This document shows, one piece after another, positions 61,391 through 64,000 of a stretch of 64,000 bases of DNA. Source of the DNA: Vitrella brassicaformis CCMP3155 (lineage: Eukaryota > Protista > Chromerida). The DNA lies in the NCBI GenBank assembly GCA_001179505.1, contig CDMY01000265.1, positions 62,001-126,000 on the forward strand. The letters are read 5' to 3'. Each line of letters starts with the position of its first letter. The stretch's first letter is position 1. A program made the position numbers and the translations under genes. The notes under the pieces are model-generated. The model was not told where the DNA came from and made no database searches. It saw only the letters and a program-made list of their open reading frames with translations.

Positions 61391-64000
61391 ATGAGGCGCT
61401 GTGTTGTGTTCCTTTGTGTCGCTGCCGGGGTGCTCACACAGGCGAGCAGAGGTGAGGTCTCCACTCCTCCCCCCGCTGACGACACGAATGAGGCTGCCGA
61501 CACGCCTTCCCTGCTGTTCGGTGGCCCCTACACTCCTGCCGGTCTCGGGGAGTTCTCTCTTCATTCCTACCTGAGCGGCATCGAGAAGGCGGCAAACGAG
61601 CCGGCCACCTGCACAGACTGCGTCACCCTCGACACAACCCACGACCCCGGACGAAAGGGACAGCAGACCGTCACAGAAGTGACGGACAACAAGGTGCCGC
61701 CTCTGCGGCCTCCCCTTGTGCACCAGGGGGACAAGGCCACCTATGAGGTGCAGATCACCGTGTCGGCTGCTGGGGAGCTGACGTATTCGGTGCACGAGAC
61801 GGATGGCGACGGGCGGCGAGGGAATCAGCTGCTGCGGGAGGCGGCATTGGGGATCACTGTGGATGGGGTTGACCTGGGGCAGGATGTGCACATCACTTCA
61901 GTGGCTCGGCAGCCGATTGAGTATCGCTATCGCACACGAGGCAAACACAACGAGGCTTACAACCACGGTGAGCCGACAAAGGGAGAGAGAGGCACCTGCG
62001 TGATGTACATTCCTGCCTGCCTCTCTGCCTGCCTGTCTGTCTGTCTGCAGGCAACGAGTACACAGTGACTGTCAAGAACAAGCAGGCGTCAACAGACTTT
62101 CTGGTCACCTTTCGTCTGTACGATGAGGGGATGGCATTCCGATACAGCCTCGCGGACGGCCAACGCAAGCACAACAAATCGGTGCAGATTAACGGCGACA
62201 GCTCCTCATTCGCTGTGCCGAGGGATGGCATCGTTTGGTGAGCAAAGTGCCGCATATGCCATGCCGACCAACTCACGGGCATCTTGTCTGTGTGAGGGAC
62301 GTTTGGTCAGGCACTTCTATCGCGACCTCAACTACAGCCGTGAAGCCAAGAAAAAGAAGAACTTCAACTACTCGGGCCCCTGGCAGTCCCACCCCGTCAG
62401 CAAGGCCGGCAAGTCCATGCCTGTGTACGGCCCTCCAATCCTCATCGACACGGCCGACGGTAAGTGGGGTTCGGATGAGCACTACAAGTACCTCCTCATC
62501 ACCGAGGCAGCGCTCTACAAGTTCACGGGCATGCGCCTGGAGCCGGAGCCCGACGGTGTGTTCCGCGCCGATCTGACCGAGAAGCACCTCGACGTCCCAG
62601 CATCCTTTAAAACGCCCTGGCGAGTCGTGGCCATGGCGAGGAATCTGGACGAGCTCGTCAACACGGATATCATGACGCACCTCAACCCGCCGCCTGACCC
62701 CAGGCTCTTCGCATTCCGATACGGCGACGTGCAGGCCGGGGCGGCGGATGGGCGGAAGAGGCGGGCCGTCTACTATCCCTCCTGGATCAAACCTGGCCGC
62801 TCTGTCTGGTCATGGTGAGTGCTACCTGCGATCGCTGGGATTCTCTCCGTTTTACATCTCCCTCCTCCTTGTCTGCTTGCCTGCAGGTGGACCAAGGAGA
62901 CTGGTACGCCCAAGCAGGAGCGGGAGTTCGTCGACTATGCGGTCAAGCTGGGGTACGAGTACACGACACTCGATGTGGGCTGGGAGCGGTGGTACGCCGA
63001 CGACGCCATGTTCCCTAAGCCCAAGAAGCCCAGCAAGGCCTATCCCCACAAAGACCCCAGGGAGGCCCTCGCGCCAGTGCTGCTGCCCCTACCTGAGGCA
63101 ACCGGCAACAGAGAAGACAGTCGGCCCACAGCCCAGCACAAGTTCGACTTCGAGCGGCGAACCAAGGCCCGCTGGCCCCTTCTTCGTGACTTCTGCGAGT
63201 ACGCCAACGACAAGGGTGTGAAGGTCATCGTGTGGAAGATGGCGGACGAGCTGGCCATCCCGGGCAAAGACGGCAGCTACTCGAGGATGGACAACTTCTT
63301 CGACAAGGTCACACAGCATGGCGCGTCGGGCGTCAAGATCGACTTCGTCAGCCGCGAGACACTCGACAGGGTGGAGTTCGAGACGGCGACTTTCATTCTG
63401 GCCGCCAAGCACCATCTCATGATCAGCTTCCACGGCGTGCACAAGCCACACGGTGAGGCCCGCCGCTTCCCCCACGAGGTAGGCCGGGAGGCCGTGTGGG
63501 GCAACGAGATCGAGAAGTTCGTCAAGCACAACGGGGCCGATGTGGACCACATCCCGGCCAGCCACAATGCCGCCCTGCCATTCACCCGCTTTGTGGTCGG
63601 CCCGGGCGACTACACCCCCCTCGTCCTGCGGCCAGATGCCAGGGGGCAAACCACAGCGGTGCGGTGCGCTGCGCTAGCCACTTCCACACAACCATGCCCA
63701 CACTCGTGCCGTGCCCGCCATCTCTCTTGATATCATCTGTGCCTGCAGGTGCATCAGATTGGCACGATGGTCTTGTTGGATTCGCCCATCATGACGGTGG
63801 CTGAGCACCCAGAGGTGATCCTCGACGACAAACGGCCCCATGCCCGTGCCGTCGACCTCATCAAGGCCATTCCCACCACATGGGACCAGACGCACGCACT
63901 CAGGCAGAGCAGAATCGGACAGCTCGCCGTCCTGGCGCGTAGGAATGGTGGCACATGGTGGCTGGCGGCGCTGAGTGGACTCAATGAAGAGCAGACAGTC
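61391..64000 (+). CDS. Glycoside hydrolase family 97 (retaining type), signal peptide; paralogue 2, 3' end beyond the window
   Basis: Signal peptide MRRCVVFLCVAAGVLTQA, then RTRGKH, YDEGMAFRY, LLITEAALYKF, KTPWRVV, KPGRSVWSWW, FVDYAVKLGYEYTTLDVGW, GVKIDF (Asp at 63341), ISFHG, REAVWGNE (Glu at 63488), HNAALPFTRFVVGPGDYTP and HQIGTMVLLDSP. Confidence 0.93.

Noticed and set aside
1-64000. Hundreds of short ORFs rich in VCVC, THTH, DRQT or SLSL
   Set aside because: They are translations of intronic (GT)n/(CA)n/(GACA)n/(CT)n repeats, or antisense shadows of GC-rich exons.
1-64000. CRISPR arrays, tRNA/rRNA genes, telomeric repeats, intact transposons
   Set aside because: No repeat-spacer periodicity, cloverleaf or rRNA signatures, TTTAGGG arrays, or RT/integrase/transposase motifs were seen by eye. 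tRNAscan-SE and Infernal were not run.

Overview
This is intron-dense, GC-rich eukaryotic nuclear DNA, most consistent with a chromerid alga such as Vitrella brassicaformis. That assignment is an inference from short introns full of (AC)n/(GT)n/(GACA)n/(CTGT)n repeats and from three proteins with bipartite signal-plus-Phe plastid leaders. I reconstructed about 21 multi-exon genes by hand from GT/GC-AG sites. Gene spans are approximate, and most short ORFs in the supplied track are artefacts of intronic microsatellites. Confident calls: plastid DEAD-box helicase, W2-domain protein, amino-acid transporter, CtpA protease, OAC1-like mitochondrial carrier, GH16+LamG glycanase, RluA-fold protein, two GH97 glycosidases, Wss1 protease, FMN hydroxy-acid oxidase, ROMO1/Mgr2-like protein and FBXO9-like protein. 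Most notable observations: (1) a set of bacterial-type secreted CAZymes (two retaining-type GH97 paralogues sharing one intron position, plus a GH16-LamG); (2) introns with AC-rich 5' halves and complementary GT-rich 3' halves that could fold into hairpins; (3) an eIF4B-like RD-repeat protein fused to a DAP5-like W2 domain with no MIF4G; (4) an RluA protein with the catalytic HRLD replaced by EPLE; (5) a large secreted repeat protein punctuated by three RRRL motifs; (6) up to nine tightly packed head-to-head gene pairs. No rRNA, tRNA, CRISPR array or intact mobile element was recognised. No database searches were run.
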